DNA of 64,000 nucleotides from Carcharhinus amblyrhynchos. Its lineage: Eukaryota. The notes under the pieces were generated by a model that did not search any database, was not told where the DNA came from, and saw only the letters and a list, made by a program, of their open reading frames with translations. The number at the start of each line of letters is the position of its first letter. Position 1 is the first letter of the stretch. The stretch is taken from NCBI GenBank assembly GCA_965287045.1, contig OZ336879.1, forward strand, positions 49,786,001-49,850,000, read 5' to 3'. A program made the translations under genes and the position numbers. Below are positions 22,561 through 36,049 of this stretch, one piece after another.

Positions 22561-23740
22561 ACAAAGAACCAGTTGCCCACGTCCAAGTGAGGTGCTATTG
22601 ACTTACGACTGCTTTATGACGATCAGTGGAAGCACAACGGAATGTGTTTGGAGGAGTTTTGGGGAGCTGCTGCAAACATTTAGTGATGGGGAACAGCTCC
22701 TAGAGTGGGACTCCAGAAATGACTTCACCCTGATACACAACCCCAGTCAACATGGATAATTCCATTCAGCTAGAGGGGTCAGAAATACTCAACTAAGCCA
22801 TGTCGAGTCAGTTACCTTCATTGTCACCCTCAACTAGCACAGCATCTTCACACATAGTCAACACTGACCATCACTCATTCACATTGGCCTTTGCCTTCCT
22901 GTCATCAACAGTGCAAGGAAGATACAATGAAACTTCCATAAAGCAGATTGGCTAAAATGCACCAAAACCTCAGACTGCATCATTGCAACTATAGAAAAGT
23001 GTATCTTTTGCGACTTCTTGTTCATGTTTTCACTTACCGTCACTTTGCACCATTTATACTACATCGTGCACCGCATGACCAATGTTCAGTCTTCTGCATT
23101 TTCTTCTCCCTGCATTAGTTGCATTCCAACACTGGGGTCAATTGACATGGACAAATGCTCATGTGACTTTCTTTTAGAAAAGGCTGGTGCTGAGTTGATC
23201 CAGCAGAAAGAACCTTCCTGATGTGGAAACAAGACTTGTGTTCTAACCTATGCTCCTTATTTTTAAAGAATGTGGTAATCAAGGCATTTTGTTTGGTCAG
23301 GTGAAATTATTCTGGGAGCTGAAGTGCAGCTTGAATAATACTGAAATCTTCACCCTGTACAGTATTGCTCAGAGTCTCCCCCATCTATCATATACAGGTA
23401 TTATAAGTTAATTTGTCCAAAACAATGCTGCCTTTGCACGGCTGGAACCTATCAAGCTGAATCCCTTTGAAATACATGTTCATTGCTCACAGTTTCACTG
23501 GTTGTTAGATTTACAGGAACGTAATTCCCATGAATGGCAGACTTTACTGTGTATCTATTCACAATATACCTGCAGGAGAGACATATCATCACTTTTGTGG
23601 TGCCATTCACAAAACTGCTTGTACAGCCATGCTTCGTGACTATTGACACATCTACGTCATATGCTGTGATACAGAGAGTAAAGGAATATGAATCAGCATT
23701 AACCCCATAGCAGATCACGTCATCAAATCATCATGCCTGA

Positions 23741-24040
23741 TGGGTGGCACAGTGGTTAGCACTGCTTCCTCACAGTGCCAGGGACCCGGGTTCTATTCCT
23801 GGCTTCGGCCACTGTGTGTGGAGTTTGCACATTCACCCTGTGTCTGCGTGGGTTTCCTTTGGATGCTGCGATTTCCTCCCACAGTACAAAGATGTGCAGA
23901 TTAGGTGGATTAGCCATGCTAAATTGCCCCTTAATGTCAGGGAGACTAGCTAGGGTAAATGCATGGGGCTCTGGGGTTGGGCCTGGGTAGGATTATGGTT
24001 GTGCAGGTTCAATGGGAACCAACGATGCTATGATTCTATG
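23741..24040 (+). mobile_element. V-SINE (HE1-like)
   Basis: tRNA head with A/B boxes, V core, ATTCTATG tail. Confidence 0.9.
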
Positions 24041-25194
24041 AAATGGTACTAGGGCTCAATTTCACCCATTCTAGTCGGAATTGTTGAAGCTTCACTTGTC
24101 ACCCTGGAGCAACCCAAAAATCACTGACATTAAAACACCCACCAATCACCCAGAAACACGTTGCCAGCTATCTGCTCAATGGACATCACTGGAAAAGGAA
24201 ATAAAGAGCGTCACCCGGAATGAATTGGAAAACCAAATGCCAGTAACATGCTGAAAATGACAGTCCTGATCGCTTCAAGATCACAAAACTGGAGGAAGCA
24301 TTAAGGGACCTGAAATGTGGAAAAGCAGCAGAATATGACAACAATGCTGCAGAGTTCCTGAAACAACTCTGCAGACCTTATTTTACCACTCTGATTCTAA
24401 GTGCCGGACAGGCTTGAAATTGGAAGTGTTTCAGTGATTTTTAGTCCCGTTTTCAGGCACCCCCATGTGCACTCTTGACTCACCGATATTTTTGCAGCAG
24501 AGTGCATATCAGTGAGTCAAAATCACGCTGCACAAGCCTGTGGGTGGGGATTAATGAAACCCTGCAGCTCCAATCGGCATCTCCAACTGCGCACGCACAG
24601 AAAAAATATGATAGAATAATATTCCTCTGCCACATTTCTCATGGGCCGGATGATGCGTCCCCCAACCCCCACAGACATTGTCCCATCCCCACAACATTAC
24701 TGACCTCCCTGATCCCCTGCACCCTCCCACCATCCAGACCGATCATGCCTCCTTTCCCCCATCGATCTCAGGCGGAGTGGCAGTGGACACCCCTTCCCCC
24801 CCCACTGATCTTGGGCAGAATGGCAGCAGACACCGCCCCTTTCCCTCCACTGATCTCAGACAGAGAGATCCACCCTCTCCCCTCCACCTTAACGATATCA
24901 GGCAGATTGATCCCCCTTCTCCCCCCACCCCAGACCCTCCCACTCAAGGCCCCCATCTCCTCCAGACTCTGATGGCTGTGTGACACCTCCCTCTCTCTCC
25001 CCTGTCCTCAATCATTGAGGCACTGATCCACCCCCCAGCCCCTCCTCCCCGTCAGCATACCTGCAAGTGCTCACTTGCCTTCCTTTCAATGCTAACAAGC
25101 AAATTGCATGGAACTTGCTGGAATGCTCTGCCAAACTGCCTGCAGCTGATCTGCCCTAATGAGGGGCAACTAGGCACTCCTGGATGAAATAAGC

Positions 25195-27300
25195 ACATGA
25201 CCAGCTCCCCAAATCGCTGAAGGTGACTTGGGGAGGCTGCTGGATGCAATAGAGGCGAGGTGAGACACCCTCTTCCTCCCTGGAAGATGCAGACCCAGGG
25301 GGGCTGATGGAAATGCAGTCCAAGAGGCAGTCACTGCAAGAAGATCTATGACCTCATCTGGGTAGCAACAATGAATGCTTAACCCCATCTAGCATCTTTC
25401 CCCAAATCTCCCCCATATTATCCCATCTCCAGCACTCTGCATGTTTCCAGCCCCTGACCCCCAGCACCTCCTTCCTATCCTCCCCAAGAGCCCCACTGCA
25501 CTTGTCCTCTCAGGGTCACCACCTGATACTCTGCAAGACTCACACCATCATTTCTTTTATGGCTCCTTCTGTCCCCACAGGGGAAAACTGACCAGAACGC
25601 CAGAAGAGGGCGAAGACAGGGGGTGGTGAGGCAGGCGTCTGGGTGCTCAGCCCCTTTGAGGACCGGATACTGGAGCTATCAAGAGAAGGGGAGATGCAGG
25701 CTATCGGCGACAGCATAGTCAGGCTGGAGTCAAAAAGTGAGCACCCTGTCACTATTCCACTCAATTTGAGGCAACCTCTTGGGGACACAAGTATCGGGCA
25801 TGAGGGGCAAGGTTTAAAGGAGATGTACGAGGTATGTTTACTTGCACAGAGAGGGTAGTGGATGCCTGGAACTCGCTGCCGGGGAGGTCATGGAAGCAGA
25901 TACGATAGTGATCTTTAAGGGGTGTCTTTACAGCTATGTGAATGGGATAGGAATAGAGGCAGATAGTCCCCGGAAGGACAGAGGATTACAAATCAGATGA
26001 GCAGCTTGGTTGCTGCAGGCTTGGAGGGCTGAAGGGCCTATTCCTATGATGTAATTTTCTTGGTGCTTTGTTCCATGTTCAATTGAGAAATGTGAATCAT
26101 GTGTTTTTCATCCCGGATTCCTCTCTCTCCCTTGCACTTAATCTTGTGTCCTATGTTGCAGGGTCAGGAGCAGACGCACCGGGACCATCTGGCCTCCAGG
26201 CCCCTCCTTGTCAGGCTTCAGCTGCCACTCACAACTCACCGTCCCAGATACTGACACGTCGGTGTGTCCAATTAGTGTTGAGGCTTCTGGATCATTCCCT
26301 GGTGAGCACAACACATCTGCTGATGTACATCGGGTAGAGAAGGGCCTGCTAGAGCTGAGGACTCAGCTGGCCCCAGGCTACATGCTGGGCCTCTCCCTCA
26401 GCTGCTGGAGATGCAGCAACAGATCCAGGGAATGTAGGAGGGGCTGATGGCCACACTGGACTGACTGTGAGGCTGTTGGAAGGAATCCCAAAGCTTTCAG
26501 GTGGACCAGCTATTGCCTGACTTGCATGATTCCCAGGCTAACACTTCAAGGGTGGTGTCTGTAGTGGAAAGCCTGGGGCAGGGGATCCTTACCATGAGTG
26601 GCAGGCTCCAAGCGATGGCTGAGTCACAGCAGGCCACAGCAGAGTCTCAGATGGCCATGGCAGAGTCTCAGATGGCCATGGCTGAGTCACAGCGGGTCAC
26701 AGATGAGGCACTGGACAGGCTTCTCAAGATTCTGCAGCCCATGGCTTGAGAGGCTCGAGAGTTTGCAGGAGACTCAGCAGTACAGCGCTGAGACACAGCG
26801 GGCTACAGCAGCAGCCCTTGAGAATGTGGCCCAGTCACAGAGGGTCATGGCTGAGGAGTTGCAGAGCATGGCCCAGTCTCAGAAGGCACTTGCTGCGGCC
26901 ATTGACATGTGGCCCTCCGATTCAGGAGGCCATCACAGAGGGCGTAGGATGCGGGTGGTCCTCTAGGACTGACAGTGCCAGGTGATGCTGGAGCTTCTAG
27001 CAGAAGCACTACCATCCCATGGAGTGGCCTACGGGCCCACGGGAACCCTAAGGGACGAGGATGGGATCGATATCATGCTAGAGCCTTCCAGCCAGGATAT
27101 TGTGGCTGTGGCTACATCTTCTGACTCTGCCCTTCCTGACATGGGGCCATCTCAGGGACAGCGGGATGAAGAGAGTGTCATGGAAATATCTCAGACACTG
27201 GAAGCCAGCTAGGGCCCTCAAGGTCCAGAGCCTCCAGAAAACGCCCACCACGTGCATCACAGGCAATGGGGCAAGGAATTTGGGGGTGTACCCACAGGCA
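25195..27300 (+). pseudogene. Harbinger Myb/SANT-like accessory gene relic, multi-exon
   Basis: GDLGRLLDAIEAR.DTLF; AKTGGG..VLSPFEDRILEL; acceptors at 25580 and 26161, donor at 25737; heptad repeat MAESQxA. Confidence 0.7.
25790..26070 (+). mobile_element. CR1 3' fragment within the Harbinger intron
   Basis: GCCTGGAACTCGCTGCC...GGGCTGAAGGGCCTATTCCTATGATGT tail. Confidence 0.8.
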
Positions 27301-27306
27301 CACCGC

Positions 27307-28205
27307 CTAGCGACTGAACCGCCTGGTGATCAGAGCTTCCCTAGCTGCCCTCGCATGCCTCATTCGAGCTGCCAGCCCTCCAGCGCCTGGGTGGAGTTCC
27401 TTGGTGTGCTCCTCTTCCTCCTCCTCCTCCTGCTGGTCAGCCTCTTTGCCAGCGATTCCCAGCTGGTCAGCCTCCAAGCCCTCCTCCTCCTCCTCCTCCC
27501 CCAATAGGTCATCTCTCTGCAGAGCCAGGTTGTACAAGGCACAACGCACAATGCGGGAAGAGACCAGAGGGCTGTATTGGAGGGCCCCACCAGATCGGTC
27601 CAGGCACCAGAATCTCATTTTGAGGAACCCAATGCACCTCTTCAATATCGCGCTGGTGGCTACATGGGCCTCATTATAGCGGGTCTCCGCCTCAGACACA
27701 GGCCTCTGCACAGGCATCATTAGCCATGTCTGAAGCGGGTAACCCATATCACCCATGAGCCACCCTGCAGCCTGGGCTCCTCCTCGAATACCTCCGGGAT
27801 GTCCGAGCTTCTGACAATGAAGCTGTCGTGCTTGCTGCCTGGATGCCTTGCGCAGACGTGCATGATATATAAATTATGGTCACACACCAGTTGCACATTC
27901 AGTGTGTGGAACCCCTTTCTGTTGATGAATCTTCGTGGATTCTGTAGGGGGACATTGGGAGCGATGTGTGTGCAGTCGATGGCTCCCTGTACGTTAGTCA
28001 TCCCCGCAATGGCTGCAAACCCTGCAGCCTGGGCTTCCTGCTGGGCCTGGTCCAGGTTAAATTTAATGTACTGCCCAGTCCAGGCATACAGGGCTTCAGT
28101 GACCTGCTTGACACAGGTGTGCACAGCTGACTGGGAAATGCTACATACATCTCCGCTAGGGATCTGGAAGCAGCCAGTCGTAGAAAAGTTAAGAGCGGCT
28201 GTCAA
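27307..28205 (-). pseudogene. Harbinger (HARBI1-family DDE) transposase, frameshifted and N-terminally deleted
   Basis: AALNF.TTG.FQ, GAIDCTHI, NRKGFHTLNVQLVCD, PGSKHDSFI, GDMGYP, YNEAH, IGFLKMRF.CLD. Confidence 0.92.
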
Positions 28206-30265
28206 TCTGACAGCCTCCGAGAGTGGGTGTCCCCTTCATCTCTGGGTGCCAAGTCCTGCAAGACGACTGTGTCCATTTTCAGGCCTTGATAATGGGAGAA
28301 CAAGTGCAGAGGTGGGCACGGATTGCTCTACTGGCCTCATGCCTGACTTTAACAAGTTTTTGTGCCTGAAAATGGGCAGAACTTGATGGTAAAATCGGGC
28401 CCTGCCTGTGCCTGGCTTTTTCAGTTCTGCACAAGAATAATCAGCTCAAGGTGTGGCATACGGCAAAAATCAATGCCATGCCAAAACCTGATAAAATACC
28501 TGAGTATCTTATCCTGCAACACACAGCTCCAGAGGTAGAGAGAGAGAGAGACCATCCTTAGTGTTGACCAAGCTATTTTTTGTTGGGGACGTGGCACATG
28601 TGATCTAGTGCTGGCACTTACCACCTCCATCAAAAATGGCTTCCAGAAGAACCGGAAGACATGCATAGTGCTACTAGAACTCACAGCTGCTTATGGTAGA
28701 GTGTGGCACACAGGTCTGCTCCTAAAGCTGTCCAGAGTTCTTCCATGCTAGGCCTGGACAGTTGTCAAAACACTGCTTCACAACAAACGATACAGGGTCC
28801 ACGCTGGGCAAGGGGGATGTCTATGGGAAAGGCTGGCTAAAGCACAGGGCTCAGTGCTAGCCCCAACCCTATTCAACATATAGGCAAATGACCTGTCAAC
28901 CACCATATCCTACAAATTCATCTATGCTGATGACATCTGTTGTGCCACTCAAGCTTCACCCTTCTATGCTCCACAGCACATGGCATCACACATTGAATCC
29001 ACCTCTAAAACCATATCCAGTGTATTCCACCTCTACGATGCCAGTGGCAAAAGAGAATTGTGTATCTACATGACTGGCAGAGATTAAAGCATGATCCCAA
29101 CTCAGCACACTTGGGAGTGACTCTAGATAGGACTTTGTCCTTCCAGGAACATCTTAAGAAAACAGCAGCAAAGATCAAAACCAAAACTAATCTCCCAACC
29201 AAACTCGCTGGATCTATATGGGGTGCTGCGTCACACCAATCTGGACCTCAGCATGTGCCCTATCATGCTCTGCAGCAGAGTACTGTGCATCTTTCTGGAA
29301 AAAGTTATCACTAACATTTCTCGTATTATCAACTGAATGCCCATAATAATTCAACATCCTTGTCTGGCTTCCTGTTCTGACAAACATCACCCTCTCATGC
29401 ATTCTACAATTGACAAAAACTCAAAAGCTGTTTGAAACCATGCGTGCTGCAGCTCACCTACCGCTCAATGATGAGCTGTTCAACTTACCCACTGCCTGCC
29501 TCGCACTACAGAGCCTCATATGGAGCAACCATCCTGAACAAGGTCTATCAGCAAATATTCTTTAGATCAAGAAATGGGAAAATGGGAAGTCACAAGCAAG
29601 TTCCTTGTGACAAACTCCATCTGTCAAATGGCAGGCTTTGAAGTACGCTGGCAAAAACGGTCCTTGCAAAATATAGTTCGGACCAGTCAGAGCCACTGTG
29701 TAGCCAATCCCATCAATGGGGCCTAAATACAAATCCCTTATGCTCTTACGGAGAGACACAAACAATGGTGCACATTGGAAAATTGTCCCTTCACTGACTA
29801 AATGGCAGATAATCACCTTAAACTCAGCAAATGAGGAGGATTGGGCTTGGCTTCAGGGATTCGTTCATATTCACTGTATAAAATATAAAAATACTAAAAG
29901 CTCTCTCTGTGGGGCTGCCTAGCAGGCATTGCTGTGAACCCTCCCAATGCCTCCCTACATTGCCTGCAATCCTTAACTGGATCACAAAAATGGAGGTGAC
30001 CATAGTTTGTCACCTCCTGGAAGATCTCCCCTGCCAGTGTACCATTTACCCAATCAGACTGCTATCCAAATGTGGTCCAAAAGCTTGAAGCCTTTATAAT
30101 TGCTGAAAATTCAGCTCGCTGTATCCAAGGAAACTGTAATGGCATTTCTTTTAATTGAATCATTCTGATAACAGCCTGAAGTCCATAAAAGGTTAAAAAA
30201 AATCAGATTTTGCATGGACTCATAAATTTACCTTCTATTAATTTGGTGCTGTCATCTGGAAATAA

Positions 30266-30371
30266 TGCAGCACCAGGTTAAAGTCCAACAGGTTGGATCT
30301 GTTGGACTTAACCTGATGTTGTGAGACTTCTTACTGTGTTTACCCCAGTCTAGCGCCGGCATCTCCACATC
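30266..30371. mobile_element. Tiny hairpin-shaped Penelope-like terminal insertion
   Basis: CAGGTTAAAGTCCAACAG / CTGTTGGACTTAACCTG inverted arms, ends GGCATCTCCACATC; CATCTGGAAATAA duplicated at 30253-30265 and 30368-30380. Confidence 0.75.
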
Positions 30372-30384
30372 TGGAAATAAACCA

Positions 30385-30980
30385 GGGGTGGTCAGTAATA
30401 ATAAAAGAAAAGGTAATGCATAAGCCGATGGAATATTTGGTTTTATGACAAAAGGCATAGAACATAGAAATTGAGCTGTAGTGGTAAATTTATCTAGGGT
30501 ACTCGAGTTAGACATTTTGTGCCGTTTTCGACTCCTCACCGAAAAAAAATGTGGATGCAACAAAGGGTGTACAATGTTTTCACAAAGATATTGTCAAGGC
30601 TGAAGGAATATATAAACAAAGAAAGAATTGAAACATTTTCAAGTGCTTTATTTCAAACAGAAAGGAAACAGAATGATTTAATAAAAATGTTTTAAGTTAT
30701 GACACTTCAGAATGAAGTAGCTAGGAACATGGTGATGGGTCTTGAACAAACAGCAAATTGATGGAAAATTAGATTTAAGAGATTTAGGGTGGAAAGAAAA
30801 TACAATTTTCTTTCTATAGAATCAGTGGAATGCAGTACCAGAGGTAAGCAACACAGAGATCATGTCAAATTTAAACATGCATTATACTGGTGACAGAAGG
30901 AAAGAGGCAAAAAGGATAGGTCGACTCATGGAATTAGGACAATGGTACCTGTGGAGGATAAACACCAACACAGTCAAATG
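30385..30980 (+). mobile_element. Ancient CR1 3' fragment
   Basis: Degenerate K.N...GF..KGIE and LY..L..P.L remnants with an amniote-like CR1 3' end. Confidence 0.5.
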
Positions 30981-31144
30981 TCTAATTTTGAACTTTCATG
31001 TAATTCTATTTAATTAAGTAGAGCTAAGTCCACAAGACCTTCTCTGTGGCTATGCCAGTGCAGTGTTTTATATGATAAAAAGGTAATTGAAATCCAAGTC
31101 ACGTTACCGGAGATCCCACTGAAGTTCAATAAACGTTGAGTAAA

Positions 31145-32563
31145 GATTAAAAATGCAGCCACTAAGCAGTCCATTTGTTTATACTCTTGCTTCCTATTTG
31201 AATGTTGAGCCTCTCGAAGGTGACTCGCTCTCTGATCAATCTTTGGCTGCTTCTATCAACAGTGCTGGTTTATGAAGAAAGGGATGATCAGGATCCCAAT
31301 CAGAGGCGTTGGGTCTGAGGGACACTCTTCATCCCATTAGGTAAAACCTGATTTTAAATTTAATGTCAAATGTATTCCGAGTTTTCCTCACATTCTGCTT
31401 TCTAATGCTCCTGATATCTAAACACTGGGCTGTGCCCTAACACTGTGTGGAGACAAAGTGCTCAGATCCAATCATTCCAAATAATACAGGTGGGATTTTC
31501 AAGCCATGTAAGCCCCAAGACCGGAAATTTCTGTCCGAGGTCAACAGACCCTTGAGTTTTCCCCTGAATTTTCTGTTTTGCCCACTGTGATTCCCACAGT
31601 GGATGGGACAGGATAATTTAATCACATAACTGGATCTCTTCTATAAAAAACTTTTTCTAAAAATTAAGGTTCCTACTACTTTTGCTATAGGAAAGAATAT
31701 TTAAATAATTGTATTTAAAGTGAGAAACAACTCAATTTGAATTTTGAGATTTTACATTTTTAACACAATATAAAGGGAATTTTAATTATTTTCAAAAATC
31801 TGATTTCTTTTTGCAACTTATATTGTAGCCTGCCTTAAATTTGCACACATGAACAAGCATCTACCAACATAAGTTACTTTTTAGGAAGCTTTTCGAGCTA
31901 CTGATAAATGTTCACATCAGCACATTTAGCAATATTAATTGGAAGTGTAAAATTCTAATCTGACGGCACAACTTCCCTCATTCTTGAAGGGTAAACATTG
32001 GCTAATGTAAGACCAACAACTACTTAGCATTTGAAATGGGATGGCACGATGACACAATGGTTAGCACTACTACCTCACAGTGCTAGGAACCTGGGTTTGA
32101 TTCCCAGCTTGGATCACTATCTGAGTGGAGTTTGCACATTCTCCCCACACCTGCGTGTGTTTCCTCTGGGTGCTCTGGTTTCCTCCCACAGGCTGGATGG
32201 ATGGATACATTGTCCATGTTAAATTCTCCCTCTGTGTACCTGAACAGGCACTGGAGTGTGGTGACTAGGTGATTTTCACAGTAACTTGATTGCAATGTTA
32301 ATGTAAGCTTACTTGTGATACTAATAAATAAAATTTAAATGCAAATGTCATTAAAATCAGATTTTACCTGGTGGAATGAAGAGGGCCCCTTGGATCCTGT
32401 CCTCTCTGTCTGGGATCCTGCTCACCCCTTCCTTCATAAACCAACATTGGTTGAAGAAGCAGCAAAGACTGATCAGGGAGATAGTCACCTTTGAGAGGCT
32501 CAACATTCAAATAGGAAGCAGGACAATAAACAAATGGACCACTTAGTGGCTGCATTTTTAATC
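31145..32563. repeat. Inverted repeat, ~213-bp arms (31145-31357 and 32351-32563)
   Basis: GATTAAAAATGCAGCCACTAAG...GCTTCCTATTTGAATGTTGAGCCTCTC is read back as its reverse complement at 32495-32563. Confidence 0.9.
32037..32335 (+). mobile_element. V-SINE variant with GATTTTCACAGTAACTT...AATAAA tail
   Basis: tRNA head plus V core; same tail as 53387-53690. Confidence 0.85.
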
Positions 32564-33499
32564 ATTATCCAAAACCATCGTCCCAAAAGTGACTGACACT
32601 TCATTCAAACCCTTTCCCAGTTCCAGTCTGGAGCAGCTGACAGCAGTTATTGTGCTTCAAACTTACAGTTCCCGTGATGCCTTGCAGATGCCTCATTTGC
32701 CCACAAAAGTCTATACCAGACCAATTAAAAATCTTTCTGGCATTGTAGGGTGAAGACAGATGGGTTCCATGTAGATTAGTTACCTGGAATGGGATACAGA
32801 GCACCAGTCTATAAAATATGCACCAATACTTACTGCTCCCCAAGAGCAAACTGGTTGCCAAGCTCTAGCTGAACAGACTGACTTTTAGAACCATCCTCTC
32901 TGGATCTGTTTCTATATTTCACTGTCTCTTTTCCATTTCTCTATTTTTTCTGGTTTAAACGTGTGTTTCAGGAGTTTGAAGGGATGGAAACTCATTATTA
33001 TGAATCTCTGGTGGTCCTTGTGATGAGTTCGTCTCACATTACCCAATCTGGCTGCAGGATGCTGATAGGTGCCAGATGGCTTTGATTCTAGGTTTTCTGC
33101 AAACACAACAGCAGGCGCTGGAGTTATTTTTTCCAGAGCTTGACAGCCTTTCTCCTTCTCTTTACAAATTATTCTCCACTATCTTCACCTTGATCTTCCT
33201 TAATTCTTCTCAACATTTTTCTCTCTTTCAGCACTAATTAGTAAGGCAAGAATTCTCAAGTCATTGTAATCGACTCTCTGGCTGGATCCTGGTCCCTCTC
33301 CCACCCTGCCACCCTGTCTCCCACATCATCAAGCCCAGGATGACTGTGAATGTGTGGCTTCGGCCGAGACCTGATTCCCTGTTCAATGATCCACTCCAGG
33401 TCAACTTCCTTTTGCTCAAGTCAAACTCCTACCATGCTTCATCCTTCCTGAACTGCTCCTGTTGGGGATTCTGACACTCACTCTTCGTTACCCACTCTT

Positions 33500-35850
33500 T
33501 TTCCATTTTCACCTTCCTGACCACTCCAGGGACCATTGTTGGCATGGCTTTAGAGAGAGCCACCACTACAGCATGAGAGAGATGTCAATGGTGGCTGTGG
33601 CAGTGGGCAAGCATGGGTCTGGAGCCAGGGTGAGGAGCAGAGGCCTCAGCTGACATTGCAGGGACTCAACCAGAATCCGATATTGCTATGCATTGCTTGC
33701 TGATAGCTCAGCTATCTGGTTCAGATTGGTGCCCCTGCAGCCACCAACCAGCCTGGGGCCCCTCTATTGATGGGGCCTTATGCCTAGCCACCATGTGTTT
33801 CATTGTAAGTCCACCTCTGCATTGTAGCATGGCTGTGGAGCCTGATGGTAGACTATCATGGTTTTCCATAGTGTAAACAAGAATAGGTTCTCTGTTTTTG
33901 TTGGCCTTTTATCCTTTGGTGCCTGTATTCTAAACTGCTCAAAGGATATGTTACAACTTGAGAGAAATCCTCATGTAGTTTTCTTGTGTGTTTTTCTCCC
34001 AGTTTATGGTGGATGTTACAGTTCCTGAAGTTTCCTTTCAAGAGTGCTTGAACTTTAATCTCAGCCCACCTTGCGAGTGCTATCCGGGCTTAAGTTGTGT
34101 GAACATTACCATCTTGGAGGTTTTACCTTCTTACATGCCCACTCCATCTGAGTTGGGCTTAGTTGTGAAAGTATATTAGTTAATTTGTTAAGATAACATG
34201 TTGTATAAAACAAGTACAATCATTTAAATGGGTGCCCATGTGAGAAATTATGTCATCAGAGGATCTGAAAGTGACAACGCAGGTGAATAAGGTAGTCAAG
34301 AAGGCATACAACATACTTGCCTTCATCGGAGGGGCCATTGAGTATAAAAACTGGCAGGTCATGTTGCAGCTGTACAAAACCTTAGTTAGGCCTTGTTTGG
34401 AATATTGTGTTCAATTTTGGTCACCACACTACCGGAAGGAGGTGAATGTTTTGGAGAGGTTCACCAGGATGTTGCTTCATCTGGAATGTATTAGCTAGAG
34501 AGATTGGATAAAACCGGTTTGTTCTCACTGGAACAATAGAGGCAGAGGAGTGACCTGATAGAGGTTCACAAGATTATGAATGGCACGGACAGAGTGGATA
34601 GACAGATGATCTTTCCTGGGGTAGGAAAATCAAGTACTAGGGGACATAGCTTTAAGGTGTGTGGGGAAAAGTTTAGAGGAAATGTGCAGGACAAGTTTTT
34701 TACACAGACTGGAATGCCCAGGGAGGTGGTGGGAGCAGATACGAAAGGGGCATTTAAGGGGCATCTAGACAAATACATGAATAGGATGGGTATGGAAGGA
34801 TATGAACTCCGTGAGTTCATATGGTTTTAGTAAGGAGGAGAAATACCAACCATGCGCTGGAAGGCTGGCAGAGCAAATGAAGCATGCAAGGGCAGCAGGG
34901 GAGGCCCTCATCACCAGGTGGTTCACTCACTAGGGTTTGTGTCTGTGGGTTCCACCCCTGCACCCCCCACCTCCCCCTGAAGATCCTTCTATCTCCTGTA
35001 ACATTGTTACACCAGAGTGGTGGGCCTGGGTAATCTGTGTCAATAGTTTTTTGGCAGGCAGGAGGATGATGATGACTCGCTAAGCACCATTATGATGATG
35101 TCCTGGTGCAAACAAGTCTGACTCCTACCTGGGATCCACATGCACGCTGGCACCTGGGTCCACATCTGTGCAGTGGGCAAGTGATCTGAAACCCCCATAT
35201 AGAGCCCTGGGCTGGGTGGGTGGGGGACAAGAGGGATTGCTCAGGGGGTCTGCGGAACCAATAGCTTCCTTTTCTCAGTGACACAACATTGAGGGGCCTC
35301 CCCAACTGACATCAATATGAAGCATCCTTCTGGCAATCATCAATGGAAGAGAATTCCTATCTGAGCCAAATCTGAGACAAATTAGTCACAGATGGGTGGT
35401 GAAAAACAATCTATTTGCAATAAAGGTACTAAAAATTTGATGTTCTAACATAAAAACTTGTGAACAGAAAACATTAAGGTGCTTAAATATCTTTCTAACT
35501 AGCATAGCTGTAAAGATGCCCCTTAACGGTCATTATGAAATCTGCATCTGCGAACTCCCCGGGCAGCGAGTTCCAGGCACCCACTACCCTCTCAAGGGAG
35601 GGGGAGACATGGGCTGTCAGTGACACGATGGTTGGGCTGTCATCAAGACATGAGCACCTGTCATTCCTCCACTCACTTTGAGGCAACTTTTCACAGGCAC
35701 ATGATTCAGGTGTGAATTTAAAGGAGATATACAAGGCCAGCTGAGTCCTCATCTCCGGCAGACCCCCGCATGCCAGGACGTTCCCTCCTCACTCTGATGT
35801 ACATTATCAGATGTGTCGTGCTCACCACAGAATGACCTGGCAGAGAGTTA
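33500..35850. mobile_element. Scrambled Harbinger transposase relics with a CR1 insertion
   Basis: KHARAAGEALITRWF at 34880-34930 matches the C-terminus of the 27307 ORF; minus-strand CRR..RLS N-terminal motif near 35750. Confidence 0.55.
34200..34830 (+). mobile_element. CR1 3' fragment
   Basis: KKAYNILAFI..IEYK..LQLYKTLVRP.LEYCVQFWSP, TRGH. Confidence 0.9.
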
Positions 35851-36049
35851 TCTGTCTTGAGAAGGACAGATCAATCCGTTCTTCCCGAACACTTCTGTTT
35901 TTTGTCAGATCTGAATATTCAGTTGCTCCTGACACCAAACCAGCCTTAATGAACTTTCAAACTGAAGCCCCCAGTTTCTCAGCTTTCATACAAAGGACAA
36001 ATCTAAATTTAAGAAGGAACAGCAGTTTTCAGGAGGACTGCAGAATTTT

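Larger units (their letters stand above)
24373..28402. mobile_element. PIF/Harbinger DNA transposon with convergent Myb/SANT-like and transposase genes (decayed)
   Basis: TIRs AGACCTTATTTTACCA / TGGTAAAATCGGGCCC, 3-bp TSD TGC, and two gene relics inside. Confidence 0.88.
22600..29860 (+). mobile_element. Degraded non-LTR retrotransposon (RTE-X/I-like), split by a Harbinger element and a SINE
   Basis: GEQLLEW..LIHNP (EN); LT.AY..VWHTGLLLKL, IYADD, LGVTLDRTLSFQEHLKKTAAK..KLAGSIWGA (RT). Segments 22600-24372 and 28403-29860. Confidence 0.75.

Noticed and set aside
22995-23570. Non-RTE segment inside the RTE-X-like element
   Set aside because: Faint minus-strand CR1-like remnants only; too degraded to interpret.
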